Positions 18,567 to 28,458 of a stretch of DNA of 64,000 nt are shown one piece after another. How positions within the stretch are numbered: the stretch's first letter is position 1; each line of letters starts with the position of its first letter. A program made the position numbers and the translations under genes. The notes below the pieces were generated by a model. It was not told the DNA's origin. It saw nothing but the letters and a program-made list of their open reading frames with translations, and searched no databases. Source of the stretch: Bdellovibrionales bacterium (GTDB lineage Bacteria; Bdellovibrionota; Bdellovibrionia; Bdellovibrionales; UBA1609). The stretch is taken from contig JAYUKW010000030.1 in assembly GCA_043764155.1 (NCBI GenBank), forward strand, positions 28,603 to 92,602, in the 5' to 3' direction.

Positions 18567-20255
18567 TTAAGAAAAAAATATGTTTTTGATTTTTTGTAAT
18601 AATCCAGGCTTTTCCGTCGAAGATCTTTTTTTAGTTTTAAAATCTTTGTATCTATCAGGTTTTGAATTCCTCGCAGAAGATGAATCTTTCGCGTTTAATT
18701 TCTGATCTGAGTTTTGATTTTTATTTCCGGCATAAACTTTTTTATCATCACCAGACTTAGAGTAGTTTTTACTTGGACCACGACTTTGAGCAGAAGGTCC
18801 CGAATTGTTATCTCTTGAAGTCGTAGCCTTAGCTCCCGATCTTTCTGGTCGGCTATAGGTTTTCTTTTCAGTATTTTGGTCAGCCGTTCTCGCAGAGGTA
18901 GAACTGGATGTTGAAGCAGACCCTTTGTAAGGTTTTGAATCCTTACGGTTTCTATTTGCTCCATCTTTATTTTGATCAAACTTTTTGTAATTTTTGTCTC
19001 TGGTGTTTTGCCTGAATTTAGTGAACTCGCCTGTTGGATCATAACTAAAATCAAAGGCCTTAAATTCTAAAACCAGATCTTCGCTTTCCATCCAACCAAT
19101 TGTAACTTTGTTTCCCAAATACTCTTCTATACGACTTAGCGAAGTGACATCTTTTTCAGAAGCTAAGCTGAAGGCTTTACCTTTCGCTCCTGCACGACCT
19201 GTTCGGCCAATGCGGTGAACATAATTTTCTGCATCATCAGGCAGCTCAAAGTTAATTACTAGATCTACACCTTGAATATCTAAACCGCGCGCAGCCACAT
19301 CAGTGGCAACCAAGACTTTCACTTCGCCCTCTTTAAACTGCGCCATAACACGCTGACGTTGATTTTGATTTAGCGAGCTTGAAATGCCTAAACATTTAAT
19401 GTCGTTATCTCTTAGGAATTTTTCAATTTTTGGAACGTTTCTTTTAAAATTACTAAATATAATAGCTTGGTCAGGATTGTGTTTCTTAAGCACTGAAAGC
19501 AGAAACATTGGCTTTTCATTATTTGATAAATGCAAAACAGCATCTTCAACATTTTCAGCTTTAGGTTGATCTTTATCAATGTTGATTTCAACAGGCTCAG
19601 ATCCGAATTCGTAAGCAACGTTTAAAACATCAAAATTCATAGTAGCGCTGAACATTAGAAGCTGTCTGTCGGCGGGAACTCTTTGAAGCAAATAAACCAT
19701 GTCGTCTTTAAAGCCCATATCAAACATTCTGTCGGCTTCATCAAAAATGCAGGCTTTTACAAAACTTAAATCCACCTTTTTTTCTTTATAAAGATCAATC
19801 AATCGACCAGGGGTCGCCACAATGAAATCTACACCTGACTGAATTTTTTGAATTTGTTCGTCGTACTCTTTGCCGCCAATGACAACAGCTGAAGTTAATT
19901 TACCGCATGAAAACATTTTAATATTTTCATCAATCTGGTCCGCTAATTCACGAGTAGGCACTAAGATTAAACAAAAATTTCTTTTGCCCCAAGAATCAAA
20001 GGCCACTTCAGGATTTGTATTATTAATGCTTGAAAGCATTCTTTGAATAATGGGAAGTAAGAAGGCGGCTGTTTTACCAGTTCCAGTTTGAGCAAGGCCT
20101 GCAACATCTTTTTTTTCTAAGATCAGTGGAATGGCTTTTAATTGAACAGGAGTTGGAGTTTTGTATCCAGCATCAAGAAGTGCTTGATGAAGCTCCGGTT
20201 CAAATGGGAATTGTGCAAAAGTCTGCTCAGCTGTTTCTAGTTCTGTTTCGTTCAT
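18567..20255 (-). CDS. DEAD-box RNA helicase
   Basis: Q motif, AQTGTGKT, PTRELA, TPGRL, DEAD, SAT, ARGLD, HRIGRTGR; disordered basic C-terminal tail. Confidence 0.96.
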   Translation of the reverse strand: MNETELETAEQTFAQFPFEPELHQALLDAGYKTPTPVQLKAIPLILEKKDVAGLAQTGTGKTAAFLLPIIQRMLSSINNTNPEVAFDSWGKRNFCLILVPTRELADQIDENIKMFSCGKLTSAVVIGGKEYDEQIQKIQSGVDFIVATPGRLIDLYKEKKVDLSFVKACIFDEADRMFDMGFKDDMVYLLQRVPADRQLLMFSATMNFDVLNVAYEFGSEPVEINIDKDQPKAENVEDAVLHLSNNEKPMFLLSVLKKHNPDQAIIFSNFKRNVPKIEKFLRDNDIKCLGISSSLNQNQRQRVMAQFKEGEVKVLVATDVAARGLDIQGVDLVINFELPDDAENYVHRIGRTGRAGAKGKAFSLASEKDVTSLSRIEEYLGNKVTIGWMESEDLVLEFKAFDFSYDPTGEFTKFRQNTRDKNYKKFDQNKDGANRNRKDSKPYKGSASTSSSTSARTADQNTEKKTYSRPERSGAKATTSRDNNSGPSAQSRGPSKNYSKSGDDKKVYAGNKNQNSDQKLNAKDSSSARNSKPDRYKDFKTKKRSSTEKPGLLQKIKNIFFS

Positions 20256-20264
20256 AAAATAGCT

Positions 20265-21089
20265 TTAACTTAGGTCACGCAAAAACTTCAAGACATATTG
20301 TGAGAAAACCTCTGGCGCTTGATAGTGAATCCAGTGGCCAACACCTTCAATTATTTCGGCTTTAACTTGGGGTAAGGACTGTTTCATCAGTAAAAAAGTC
20401 TCTTCACTTAAATGCTTAGAATTTTGGCCTTTTAAGATTAAAGTGGGGACACTAATGGATTTATATTCCGACCATCTTGGCTTTAAGCCTTCTTCCAAAG
20501 TTTTAAGAATACCATCTAAATGAAATCTCCAGGATATAAGGCCATCATTTCGTCGTAAAAGATTGGCTTTCAAAAAATTGGCCATAACTTGCTTTTGAGT
20601 GTCCTCAGTCGCTGTTTTAACTTTAAAGTTGGATTCAAAAAAAAGATCCATATCTTTTTTTGAAGCAAATGGAACTGGCACACTTAAGATCATCTGCTGA
20701 GTTGAAAAGGTAGACTCCACTTCGGGCTGTGGGCCCATGTCCTCCAAAGTTAAGGATGAAGTTCTGCCTGGATATTGAACAGAAAATGTTTGAGCCGTTC
20801 TTGCCCCCATCGAATGTCCTACTAAATGAACAGCATTAATATCCATAAAATCTAAAATATCTTTTAAGTCCTTGGCATAATCTTCTGGCTTATAGCCTGA
20901 GTCAGGATGAAAAGACCGCCCATGGCCTCTTTGATCATAAGTCAGAATATGAAAATCAGATTCAAAGTATTTAATCACAGGGCTCCAGTTCAACCCCCAG
21001 CCCAACAGACCGTGGATAAACACTAAAGTTTCAGCTTCGTTGGTTTTTTGACCGTACTCTCGAATGAAAAATTGTTCTGGAATATTCAT
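20265..21089 (-). CDS. alpha/beta hydrolase (YbfF-like esterase)
   Basis: IHGLLG, DQRGHGRS, GHSMG, GHWIH. Confidence 0.9.
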   Translation of the reverse strand: MNIPEQFFIREYGQKTNEAETLVFIHGLLGWGLNWSPVIKYFESDFHILTYDQRGHGRSFHPDSGYKPEDYAKDLKDILDFMDINAVHLVGHSMGARTAQTFSVQYPGRTSSLTLEDMGPQPEVESTFSTQQMILSVPVPFASKKDMDLFFESNFKVKTATEDTQKQVMANFLKANLLRRNDGLISWRFHLDGILKTLEEGLKPRWSEYKSISVPTLILKGQNSKHLSEETFLLMKQSLPQVKAEIIEGVGHWIHYQAPEVFSQYVLKFLRDLS

Positions 21090-21276
21090 GATATGTACTA
21101 ATAAAGCGTGCTTCTAAATATGATGTCAATTTAAGCTTTTAGATGACCTTATAAAATTACACCTTGTCAAAAAAAACTCACCGATTTATGAATTAGTGGT
21201 TATATTTGAAACTCGCAGTCATCTTTTAAAATTACACTGCCCCAATTATACCAATAATCAGTTTTAATTAAACATC

Positions 21277-22467
21277 TTGGAGCTTCTTAAATTGAAATCA
21301 AAACCCAAACTAAATCCCAAAGGTATTGATCCAAGAGCTCTGTCTATTGTCAAAAAACTTCAAAAAGAAGGATTTGAAACTTACCTTGTTGGGGGCTGTG
21401 TTCGAGATTTACTTTTAGGACTTGAACCAAAAGATTTCGACATCGCAACAACAGCTCGCCCTAGACAAGTTAAAAAATTAATTAGAAATACATTTATTAT
21501 TGGAAGACGCTTTAGGTTGGTGTTGGCCAAAGAAGGCGAAGATCAATTCGAGATTTCAACATTTAGACGTAATCCAACATTAGACGAACAAAATGATCCT
21601 GAGATTAGTGATGATAATCTTTTTGGAACAAGCGACCAAGATGCTTACCGAAGGGACTTTACAATTAACTCTTTATTTTATGATCCAGTTGCACACCAAG
21701 TGATTGATCACACAGATCAAGGGGTGATGGATTTGAAAAACAAGATTATACGAATGATTGGAGATCCAGATCTTCGTTTAACTGAAGACCCAATCCGAAT
21801 TTTAAGAGCCATTCGTTTTGCTCACAAAACTAACTGTGAGATGACCTATGATTTAAAACTGGCGATATCTCAATTTGCTCCCAACTTAGTAACAACAGCA
21901 TTGCCTCGTCGTCGCGAAGAGATCTTAAAGTTTTTAAGACTGCCACATCCAGCAAGTGTCTTTTATCAAATGCATGATCTAGGGGTCATGAAGTTCTTAG
22001 CCCCGGGATTAGATCCACTTTTTGACACCCCTAAGTCTAGCACTTATTTCAGAGAGCCTTTCTTAAAACTAAGCCCAGAAACACGTTTAGTCTGTGAACC
22101 CTACGAACTGTTTACAACTTTAGTGCTTCCACTTATTTTATCAAAGTATCACCCAAGTGATGCCTACGAGTGGTTTGATATAGACAAAAATACGGATATT
22201 TTAAGAAATGAATTAGGAATGTTTAATACAGAAATACACGTTATAAATCAGGCACTTAAGTTCTTACCCCAAGTCTTTCAGTTTCAAAAATATTTAGAAT
22301 TTAGAGATCGACAAAAAGTAGATTTTTTAAGTCAAAAAGGTTTTGCTGAGGCTATTAATATTGCCCATTTATTTAATCTGATTAGCTCCAGTGAGATCAG
22401 TCTATGGTCCAAAGAGTTCTTTAATAATATTCCTAGGTATACCGAAGAGTTATCAAAGCAAGGGTAA
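21277..22467 (+). CDS. pcnB: poly(A) polymerase I
   Basis: VGGCVRDLLLG.EPKDFDI, PAP-type signature IIGRRFRLV, RRDFTIN, EDPIRILRAIRF. Confidence 0.88.
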   Translation: MELLKLKSKPKLNPKGIDPRALSIVKKLQKEGFETYLVGGCVRDLLLGLEPKDFDIATTARPRQVKKLIRNTFIIGRRFRLVLAKEGEDQFEISTFRRNPTLDEQNDPEISDDNLFGTSDQDAYRRDFTINSLFYDPVAHQVIDHTDQGVMDLKNKIIRMIGDPDLRLTEDPIRILRAIRFAHKTNCEMTYDLKLAISQFAPNLVTTALPRRREEILKFLRLPHPASVFYQMHDLGVMKFLAPGLDPLFDTPKSSTYFREPFLKLSPETRLVCEPYELFTTLVLPLILSKYHPSDAYEWFDIDKNTDILRNELGMFNTEIHVINQALKFLPQVFQFQKYLEFRDRQKVDFLSQKGFAEAINIAHLFNLISSSEISLWSKEFFNNIPRYTEELSKQG

Positions 22468-22536
22468 AAATAAAAAATTGGAACAATAAGAAAAGTAAGG
22501 TATTGTTCGCGTAAATCACAGCTTGGAGGATTCATT

Positions 22537-22779
22537 ATGTTTACAGGTCACTGGGAATTACTAATCATCGGTTTAGTTTTTGTTTTGCTTTTTGTTGGTC
22601 CTAAAAAACTTCCAGGTCTAGGAAAATCTTTAGGTGAATCCATCCGTGGATTTAAAAAAGCCATGAAAGAAGACGACACTTTAGATGTCACGGAATCAGC
22701 TAAACACGAACAGATTTCTGGTGACAAAAACAATGGTCAAAAATCTACTACTAAACACAGAGAAGAAGAAAACGTTTAG
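22537..22779 (+). CDS. tatA: twin-arginine translocase subunit TatA
   Basis: N-terminal TM helix, GPKKLPGLGKSLGESIRGFKKA; GGAGG RBS. Confidence 0.93.
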   Translation: MFTGHWELLIIGLVFVLLFVGPKKLPGLGKSLGESIRGFKKAMKEDDTLDVTESAKHEQISGDKNNGQKSTTKHREEENV

Positions 22780-22791
22780 TCTAAAAATATT

Positions 22792-23124
22792 TTACTGATT
22801 CACTACAGATTTAATAAAATGCTCAGGATCTTTTTCCAAAATTTGCAAAAGCCTTGCTGAACTACGACTAGGTCTATTGTCACCTAACTCCCAAGATCTT
22901 ACAGTTGCAGACGAAACATTTAATATTTGTGCAAAGTAAGCCTGACTACAATTTAGCATTTCTCTAATTTTTTTAACTTTAGATTTATTATATTCAGGAG
23001 GATCTTGAGGTTTTAATTTTAATTCAGATTTGAGTGTAATTTTACCTTGAGCACTTTTTTTTGCCTCATTTAAACTTTTCAAAAGTAAATCTGAAAAATT
23101 ATCGTTTGTGACTTTTAATTTCAT
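22792..23124 (-). CDS. HigA-like XRE/HTH antitoxin
   Basis: KIREMLNCSQAYFAQILNVSSATVRSWELG..RPS..SARLL; downstream of and overlapping the toxin gene. Confidence 0.88.
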   Translation of the reverse strand: MKLKVTNDNFSDLLLKSLNEAKKSAQGKITLKSELKLKPQDPPEYNKSKVKKIREMLNCSQAYFAQILNVSSATVRSWELGDNRPSRSSARLLQILEKDPEHFIKSVVNQ

Positions 23125-23443
23125 CTTTAATCTCCTGAACTAAATTAATTAATTTTTTCTTAGTATCACTATTTATATTTTCCGAAACTGATTTATCAAA
23201 TAATAAAAGCAAATAAGTTATCTCAACGCTTGGTAAGTCTAAATAAATAACTCGATATCCACCACTTTTTCCAGAATCATCCTTAGCAATTCTAATTTTA
23301 CGAAGCCCACCAGTTCCAATAATCACAGACCCTTTCGTTGGATCTTTTAAAATTTCATCTTTAATGCTTTTTTCTAACCAATCCATATTAGTACTATCTA
23401 GTAATTTCTTAAAAACTTGAGTTTCAATAAACAATCTTTGCAT
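23099..23443 (-). CDS. RelE/HigB-family toxin
   Basis: FIETQVF, P..G.VI.GTGGLRKIR, GKSGGYRVIY, LLLFDKS..ENI; toxin-first order. Confidence 0.9.
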   Translation of the reverse strand: MQRLFIETQVFKKLLDSTNMDWLEKSIKDEILKDPTKGSVIIGTGGLRKIRIAKDDSGKSGGYRVIYLDLPSVEITYLLLLFDKSVSENINSDTKKKLINLVQEIKDEIKSHKR

Positions 23444-23451
23444 AACAATTT

Positions 23452-23491
23452 ATTTATACTATCTAATAGTATACTATTAGATAGTATAAAT
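23452..23491. promoter_or_regulatory. probable antitoxin operator (perfect 40-bp palindrome)
   Basis: ATTTATACTATCTAATAGTA|TACTATTAGATAGTATAAAT, 8 nt upstream of the toxin ATG; two TACTAT-N3-ATAGTA units. Confidence 0.75.
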
Positions 23492-23638
23492 CTCCAAATA
23501 TTTTAGTTATTCCAAAAAGGTCTTAGAGCCAATACAGTAGATCTAAGACAGAAAAGACTAACATCGAAAGCACGAACTTACAACTAACTTACACTTTTTA
23601 ATGTTTTATATAATTATACTTAACTGAATAAAATTTCA

Positions 23639-24484
23639 TTACTTTTGATTTATCTTTTTTCTGAATTCAACAACAAGATTATGATCGTTGGGCCATTGGC
23701 CATTTTCGTAAAAATAGTTTAGCAATAACATTTCAATACTATTATTTTCATACAAATGAACAATATCCTGAGTTGTGTCCATATCAATATTAGAATTAAT
23801 ATCTATATTTACAAAAAATATCTGAAAATAAATATTTTCAAAAAAATCTTTAAATCTTTTTTCAAAAATTTCAAGTTCACCAAGAAGCGTCTTTAATGCT
23901 TCAGGATCTGAATTCATTTTATAAAATTTATTTTTTGAATCTCTATTATAGTGCGAATATATATTCCTTAATTTCACTATCACCGGAAAGGAATTTTTAA
24001 ATTTTTTATAAGCAGAATTATCTTCATTGCCTAAAATAACAAATTCGCTCATATCAAATTTAGTTCTCAAATATTCTTTTTTTAAAGACTCTTTGTGGTC
24101 GACAACGTAAAGATCTGTAGAATTTTTAATTAAAAAATCAAAGTATTTATTTTTGGTTGTATTAAAAAAATTAAATATATTAACGTTTGCTTCAAATAAC
24201 TTTGAAAGTTCACCATTTGATTTAAAATACTCCAAAAAATTATCAATACAAATGATTGTAAAAATATAAGCTCTATTGACTATATTTTTAAGTAATTCGT
24301 TTCGCCTAATGTCTTCATCTTTTATGTCGATATGACCAATTGCATCCAATATCTGATGATATTCTCGGATATCGTCCACAAGATGGCAGTACTCATTTAA
24401 GTAGGCATCAAGTTTAATTTTAAAATCATTTAATTGATCTTTGGAAAACCGCTTCATAATTTTAGTTCTTAAAAAACCAAGCAA
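23639..24484 (-). CDS. hypothetical protein with HEPN-like R-x4-H motif
   Basis: Very AT-rich ORF, helical-looking sequence, LRNIYSH (RNIYSH at 23951-23968). Confidence 0.55.
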   Translation of the reverse strand: MLGFLRTKIMKRFSKDQLNDFKIKLDAYLNEYCHLVDDIREYHQILDAIGHIDIKDEDIRRNELLKNIVNRAYIFTIICIDNFLEYFKSNGELSKLFEANVNIFNFFNTTKNKYFDFLIKNSTDLYVVDHKESLKKEYLRTKFDMSEFVILGNEDNSAYKKFKNSFPVIVKLRNIYSHYNRDSKNKFYKMNSDPEALKTLLGELEIFEKRFKDFFENIYFQIFFVNIDINSNIDMDTTQDIVHLYENNSIEMLLLNYFYENGQWPNDHNLVVEFRKKINQK

Positions 24485-24515
24485 CTTAAATTTATATATT
24501 TATTAAAAAATTTCA

Positions 24516-26576
24516 TTAAACCAACAACTCCACCAACTGTTTAAACCCAATCGAATGCTTGTCATAAAGTTCTTGGGCTAAATAGGCACTTTGACCAAAT
24601 TCACCTTCGACACCTAAGACATTTAATTTTTTAATTAAAGTGGGATCTGTTTCTGAAATTAGTCCTGCTAAATAATATCCAAAACCAGATGTCACTTGAT
24701 GATCTTCAATTGTAATTAAACGGCCTGATTTTTTTAAAGATTTTAAAATTGGTTTTATATCTAATTTATTTAAACAAAGTGGATTGATCACATCGACTTC
24801 AATCCCTTTTGATATCAACTCATCAGACGCAATTACAGCTTGTTCTAACATTGAACCCACAGCAACAATTGTGGCCTTGGGGGATTTGCTTTCAAGCACC
24901 ATTTGGGTTTTGGTTAAGCCGTAATTATTAGTATTTTGTCCTAAATGCTCTTTAGAATAGAACGTTGGTTTAAAATTTTCTCGACCTAAAAAGAAAATAT
25001 AAGAATATAAATCTTCATCATTTTCCATTCGGGTTTTAAAATCTTCAATGGCTTCCAACACGGCACTATGAGCTTCTTCAGATGATGTTAAAGCGTAAAC
25101 ACGATTCCCTGGAATAGACGCCATCATTGAAAAGTAACTTAAGGCTTGGTGTGAAGCTCCGTCAGCCGCATCTTGAAATCCGGTGTGTGAAAAAAATGCG
25201 ATCACTGGTGCACAAGATAAATTCCCCATCGTGATGGGAAGGGCACCTTTAGTGACACCAAACTGTGCGAATGTATCTACAATTGGAATTATACCATTTT
25301 TAGAAAGTCCAGATGCAAGACTTATCATATTGGATTCCGCAACACCGACATCAATGCACGACTCAGGAAACTTTTTTCTAAATCCATCGACACCAGTTGA
25401 TCCTGGTAAATCAGATGTGACTGATACTATCGGGAATCCTTTTTCTTTAGCTTCAATCAAGGCTTTCGAAACACCCACTTGAACTTTTTCAGCCTTCAAG
25501 TCATTCAGCCACGACCAGGTTTTTGATTTATAAATATAATTTTGATCCAAAGATTTAAATTTCTTAAGTTCTTCCTTCCAATCTAAATAGTCTTGGGGAA
25601 TTTTTTCGCTTTCAAAAATTTCAGTTAAAAATTGATCTAGCTCATCAGCCTTTTTTAAAGGAAATCCATGTCCCCCAGAGTTAGACGCCATCGACGACTT
25701 ATGACCAAAGCCTTTGATAGTTTTAAAGTGCAAAGCCCATGGTTGATTTGAAGTCACATTGTCTAAAGCGTCTTTAATTGTACTTAAGCATTTTTTTAAA
25801 TCATGACCATCTTCGATTGTTATAACTTTCCAGCCCAATGATTTTAATCCTTCAAATGTTGGATTCATTGAAAACGCATCTTGATCAATTCGACCTGAAA
25901 GCTTGGTGTTGTTGTCACTGATAATCATCACAAATGGATTTTGTTTACCTTGTTTTGCTAATCCTGGAATTGAAGCAAACGGTTCTTTAGCCTCCCCTTC
26001 CATACACGCCCCATCAGAAATAGTAAGAACTGTGACACGATCATTTTTTAAAAACTTATCAGCGACAGCTAAGCCTTGGGCTTGGCCCACAGCAGAACCC
26101 AAAGGCCCATTCGATAATAAAACCCCTTCTGGGAATAAATGATGTTCCCCGTGACCTGTAAGTTTACTGTCTAGAGATCTAAAAGATTTTAAAGATTGCA
26201 GATTTAAATCCGCAAATCCATACAAAGATTTTAATGCATAAATTCCATTTTCACAGTGACCCGCGTCGTTAACTAAATTGTACTTATCGCACCAACTTTG
26301 ATTTTCCTTAGAATTACTTTTAATTGAGCTTTCTTTAGAAGAATTAAAGACATATCCAAACAGGGCTGAGTTGATTTCTGCAAAAGCCGATGGGCCTCCA
26401 AAATGACTAGCCGCCCCACCAAGAACGGCCTGCATGTCCATTAAAGCAATTAAACCCCGAATATGTTTTGGATTAGGAAGCTCGTAAGTTTCATTGTTTA
26501 ATTTTATATCAACTTTATATGCAGGTTTTGAGAACGGTCCTCGATCAAGTTTTAAGGGGCGCGTTATTGGGATCAT
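24516..26576 (-). CDS. transketolase-like ThDP-dependent enzyme
   Basis: HFGG, DAGHC, LTGHGE, GPLGSAVGQAQG, SDGACMEG..NN, DVGVAESNM, DGASHQ, IEDHQ; start moved to ATG 26576 (AGGAG RBS). Confidence 0.85.
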   Translation of the reverse strand: MIPITRPLKLDRGPFSKPAYKVDIKLNNETYELPNPKHIRGLIALMDMQAVLGGAASHFGGPSAFAEINSALFGYVFNSSKESSIKSNSKENQSWCDKYNLVNDAGHCENGIYALKSLYGFADLNLQSLKSFRSLDSKLTGHGEHHLFPEGVLLSNGPLGSAVGQAQGLAVADKFLKNDRVTVLTISDGACMEGEAKEPFASIPGLAKQGKQNPFVMIISDNNTKLSGRIDQDAFSMNPTFEGLKSLGWKVITIEDGHDLKKCLSTIKDALDNVTSNQPWALHFKTIKGFGHKSSMASNSGGHGFPLKKADELDQFLTEIFESEKIPQDYLDWKEELKKFKSLDQNYIYKSKTWSWLNDLKAEKVQVGVSKALIEAKEKGFPIVSVTSDLPGSTGVDGFRKKFPESCIDVGVAESNMISLASGLSKNGIIPIVDTFAQFGVTKGALPITMGNLSCAPVIAFFSHTGFQDAADGASHQALSYFSMMASIPGNRVYALTSSEEAHSAVLEAIEDFKTRMENDEDLYSYIFFLGRENFKPTFYSKEHLGQNTNNYGLTKTQMVLESKSPKATIVAVGSMLEQAVIASDELISKGIEVDVINPLCLNKLDIKPILKSLKKSGRLITIEDHQVTSGFGYYLAGLISETDPTLIKKLNVLGVEGEFGQSAYLAQELYDKHSIGFKQLVELLV

Positions 26577-26629
26577 AGGTTTTCTCCTGTGTGATAAAGA
26601 TATTTGAATACATTTACACCGGAGGCATT

Positions 26630-27676
26630 TTGAGCACAATAAATTCCTTGTCTACTTCTGCTATTCAATCAACGACGATCACAAAAATGCCCAAAGTCGA
26701 ACTCCACCGCCATCTTGAACTAGCCTTAAGAAAATCCACAATATTAGAAATTGCACCCCTTCATGGATTCGATATGTCCAAGCCTGGGGCTTACGAGCAT
26801 CACTTCGTTATTCAAGAGCCAATGAAAGACTTGGGCAGTGTTCTACATAAATTTTTAGACACCCAAAAGCTTTTCAGCTCGACAGCAATTTTAGAACGTA
26901 TCGCTTATGAAGCTTGCGAAGACGCCCATCGTGAAGGCATTAAAATTTTAGAACTTCGTTACGCGCCAACGTTTGTGCAACTCGATCATGATTTAAGTTT
27001 TGAACAGATCCACTTGGCTTTTGTAAAAGGTGTGACCCGTGCTGAAAAAGATTTCAATATGGCTGTCGGTTTGATTTGTATCTTGCAACGTATTTTAGGC
27101 GTTGAAGTGGCCGAAAAAGTCACTGATTTTGCAATTGAACACAAAGATACATTTATAGGATTAGATTTGGCCGACAACGAAGTGGGCTTTGAGGCCAAAC
27201 CCTATGCTAAGTGCTTCCAAAAAGCTAAAAAAGCAGGACTAAATATTACAGTCCACGCAGGTGAAGCCTTGGAACCTAATTCAGAAGACAACGTCATGGT
27301 TTCAATTCAGGAGCTTGGCGCCCAAAGAATCGGCCACGGCATTCAAATCATTAGAAATCCAAAGATTCTAAAGTACGTTGTCGATCATGGAATCATTTTA
27401 GAAGTTTGCCCAAAAAGCAATTGGCTGACGTCTGCTGTGACAAGTTATGAAAAGCACCCCATCAACAAACTACGAGAACAAGGGGTTTTAGTGACCGTGA
27501 ACAGCGATGACCCAGGGATCTTTGAATCTAGTTTAATAGTTGAATATAATATTTTAGAAAAACACTTGGGTTGGGAAATGAAAGACTTTGTCGATGTGAA
27601 TGAAATCGCAGCCAAAGCCAGCTTTATTTCAAACTCAAAAAAACAAAAGGTGTGGCCAACACTAATTAAATCTTAA
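26630..27676 (+). CDS. add: adenosine deaminase
   Basis: PKVELHRHLE, LELRYAP, GLDLA, TVHAGE, RIGHG, EVCPKSN, NSDDP; TTG start at 26630 chosen from GGAGG RBS (start uncertain). Confidence 0.9.
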   Translation: MSTINSLSTSAIQSTTITKMPKVELHRHLELALRKSTILEIAPLHGFDMSKPGAYEHHFVIQEPMKDLGSVLHKFLDTQKLFSSTAILERIAYEACEDAHREGIKILELRYAPTFVQLDHDLSFEQIHLAFVKGVTRAEKDFNMAVGLICILQRILGVEVAEKVTDFAIEHKDTFIGLDLADNEVGFEAKPYAKCFQKAKKAGLNITVHAGEALEPNSEDNVMVSIQELGAQRIGHGIQIIRNPKILKYVVDHGIILEVCPKSNWLTSAVTSYEKHPINKLREQGVLVTVNSDDPGIFESSLIVEYNILEKHLGWEMKDFVDVNEIAAKASFISNSKKQKVWPTLIKS

Positions 27677-27700
27677 GTTTAATTTTTAATTAAAAGTAAT

Positions 27701-28393
27701 TTGGTTTTTAAAATTTTAAAGGAGTTTAGAAAAGTGGATCAATCTTTATCTCAAGATCTTACAGCAGGATACGAAATGAAATTAGCAGATAGAAAACAAG
27801 TTCATATCGCTCGTAAAATTTGGCACATCGGCGGCGTTGGGTTTACCTTATGGCTTTATTATATTTTACCATACAGTGTTGCCCTTGGACTTATAAGTGT
27901 GGTTTCGATTCTTTTTATTGGTTTAGATTTTTTCAGATTAAGAAGTCCGGCTTTTAAAAATATAATTTTAAAATTCTTTGGTTTATTCATGCGAGAAGAA
28001 GAACAAGATAAGCCCACAGGCTTAAGTTTTATGTGTGTTGGCTTTTGGCTTTTAATTTTACTTTTTGATCGCCAAGTGGCTATCCTAACAATGTTTTTTG
28101 TTATGCTTGGTGATCCTATCGCTGCCTACATAGGAACTAAATATGGCAAAGACAAAATTGGTGATAAGTCCGTACAAGGATTTTTAGCCTGCTTTGCTGT
28201 TTGCGCTGTTATTGCTTTAGTTTTCTTAAGCATAAATAATTTTAATTCATCAAGATTAATTTATGTCAGCTTACTTGCGGCCACGATCGGTAGCAGTTCA
28301 GAGCTAGTTCAAATTCCAAAAACAGATGACAATTTATCCATGCCGGTGATTTGTGGGATTTTACTGACGCTGTTGTTTTCGCTGACGGCTTAA
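27701..28393 (+). CDS. CTP-dependent polyprenol/phytol/diacylglycerol kinase family membrane protein
   Basis: ARKIWH, MREEE, GDPIAAYIG..YG, KSVQG, ELV...DDNL; likely GTG start at 27734. Confidence 0.8.
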   Translation: MVFKILKEFRKVDQSLSQDLTAGYEMKLADRKQVHIARKIWHIGGVGFTLWLYYILPYSVALGLISVVSILFIGLDFFRLRSPAFKNIILKFFGLFMREEEQDKPTGLSFMCVGFWLLILLFDRQVAILTMFFVMLGDPIAAYIGTKYGKDKIGDKSVQGFLACFAVCAVIALVFLSINNFNSSRLIYVSLLAATIGSSSELVQIPKTDDNLSMPVICGILLTLLFSLTA

Positions 28394-28458
28394 ATTTTTG
28401 ATAAAGATCGAATTAGAAAAGATTTTATAATTTCTGTTGGGTATGCAAAATTTATTTT

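Noticed and set aside
18695-19054. 119-aa alternative-frame ORF in the helicase tail suggesting a programmed frameshift
   Set aside because: The main frame is intact to its stop and the low-complexity tail explains the open alternative frame
26577-26639. Head-to-head overlap of transketolase-like and add ORFs as drawn in the ORF track
   Set aside because: RBS-supported downstream starts (ATG 26576, TTG 26630) remove the overlap
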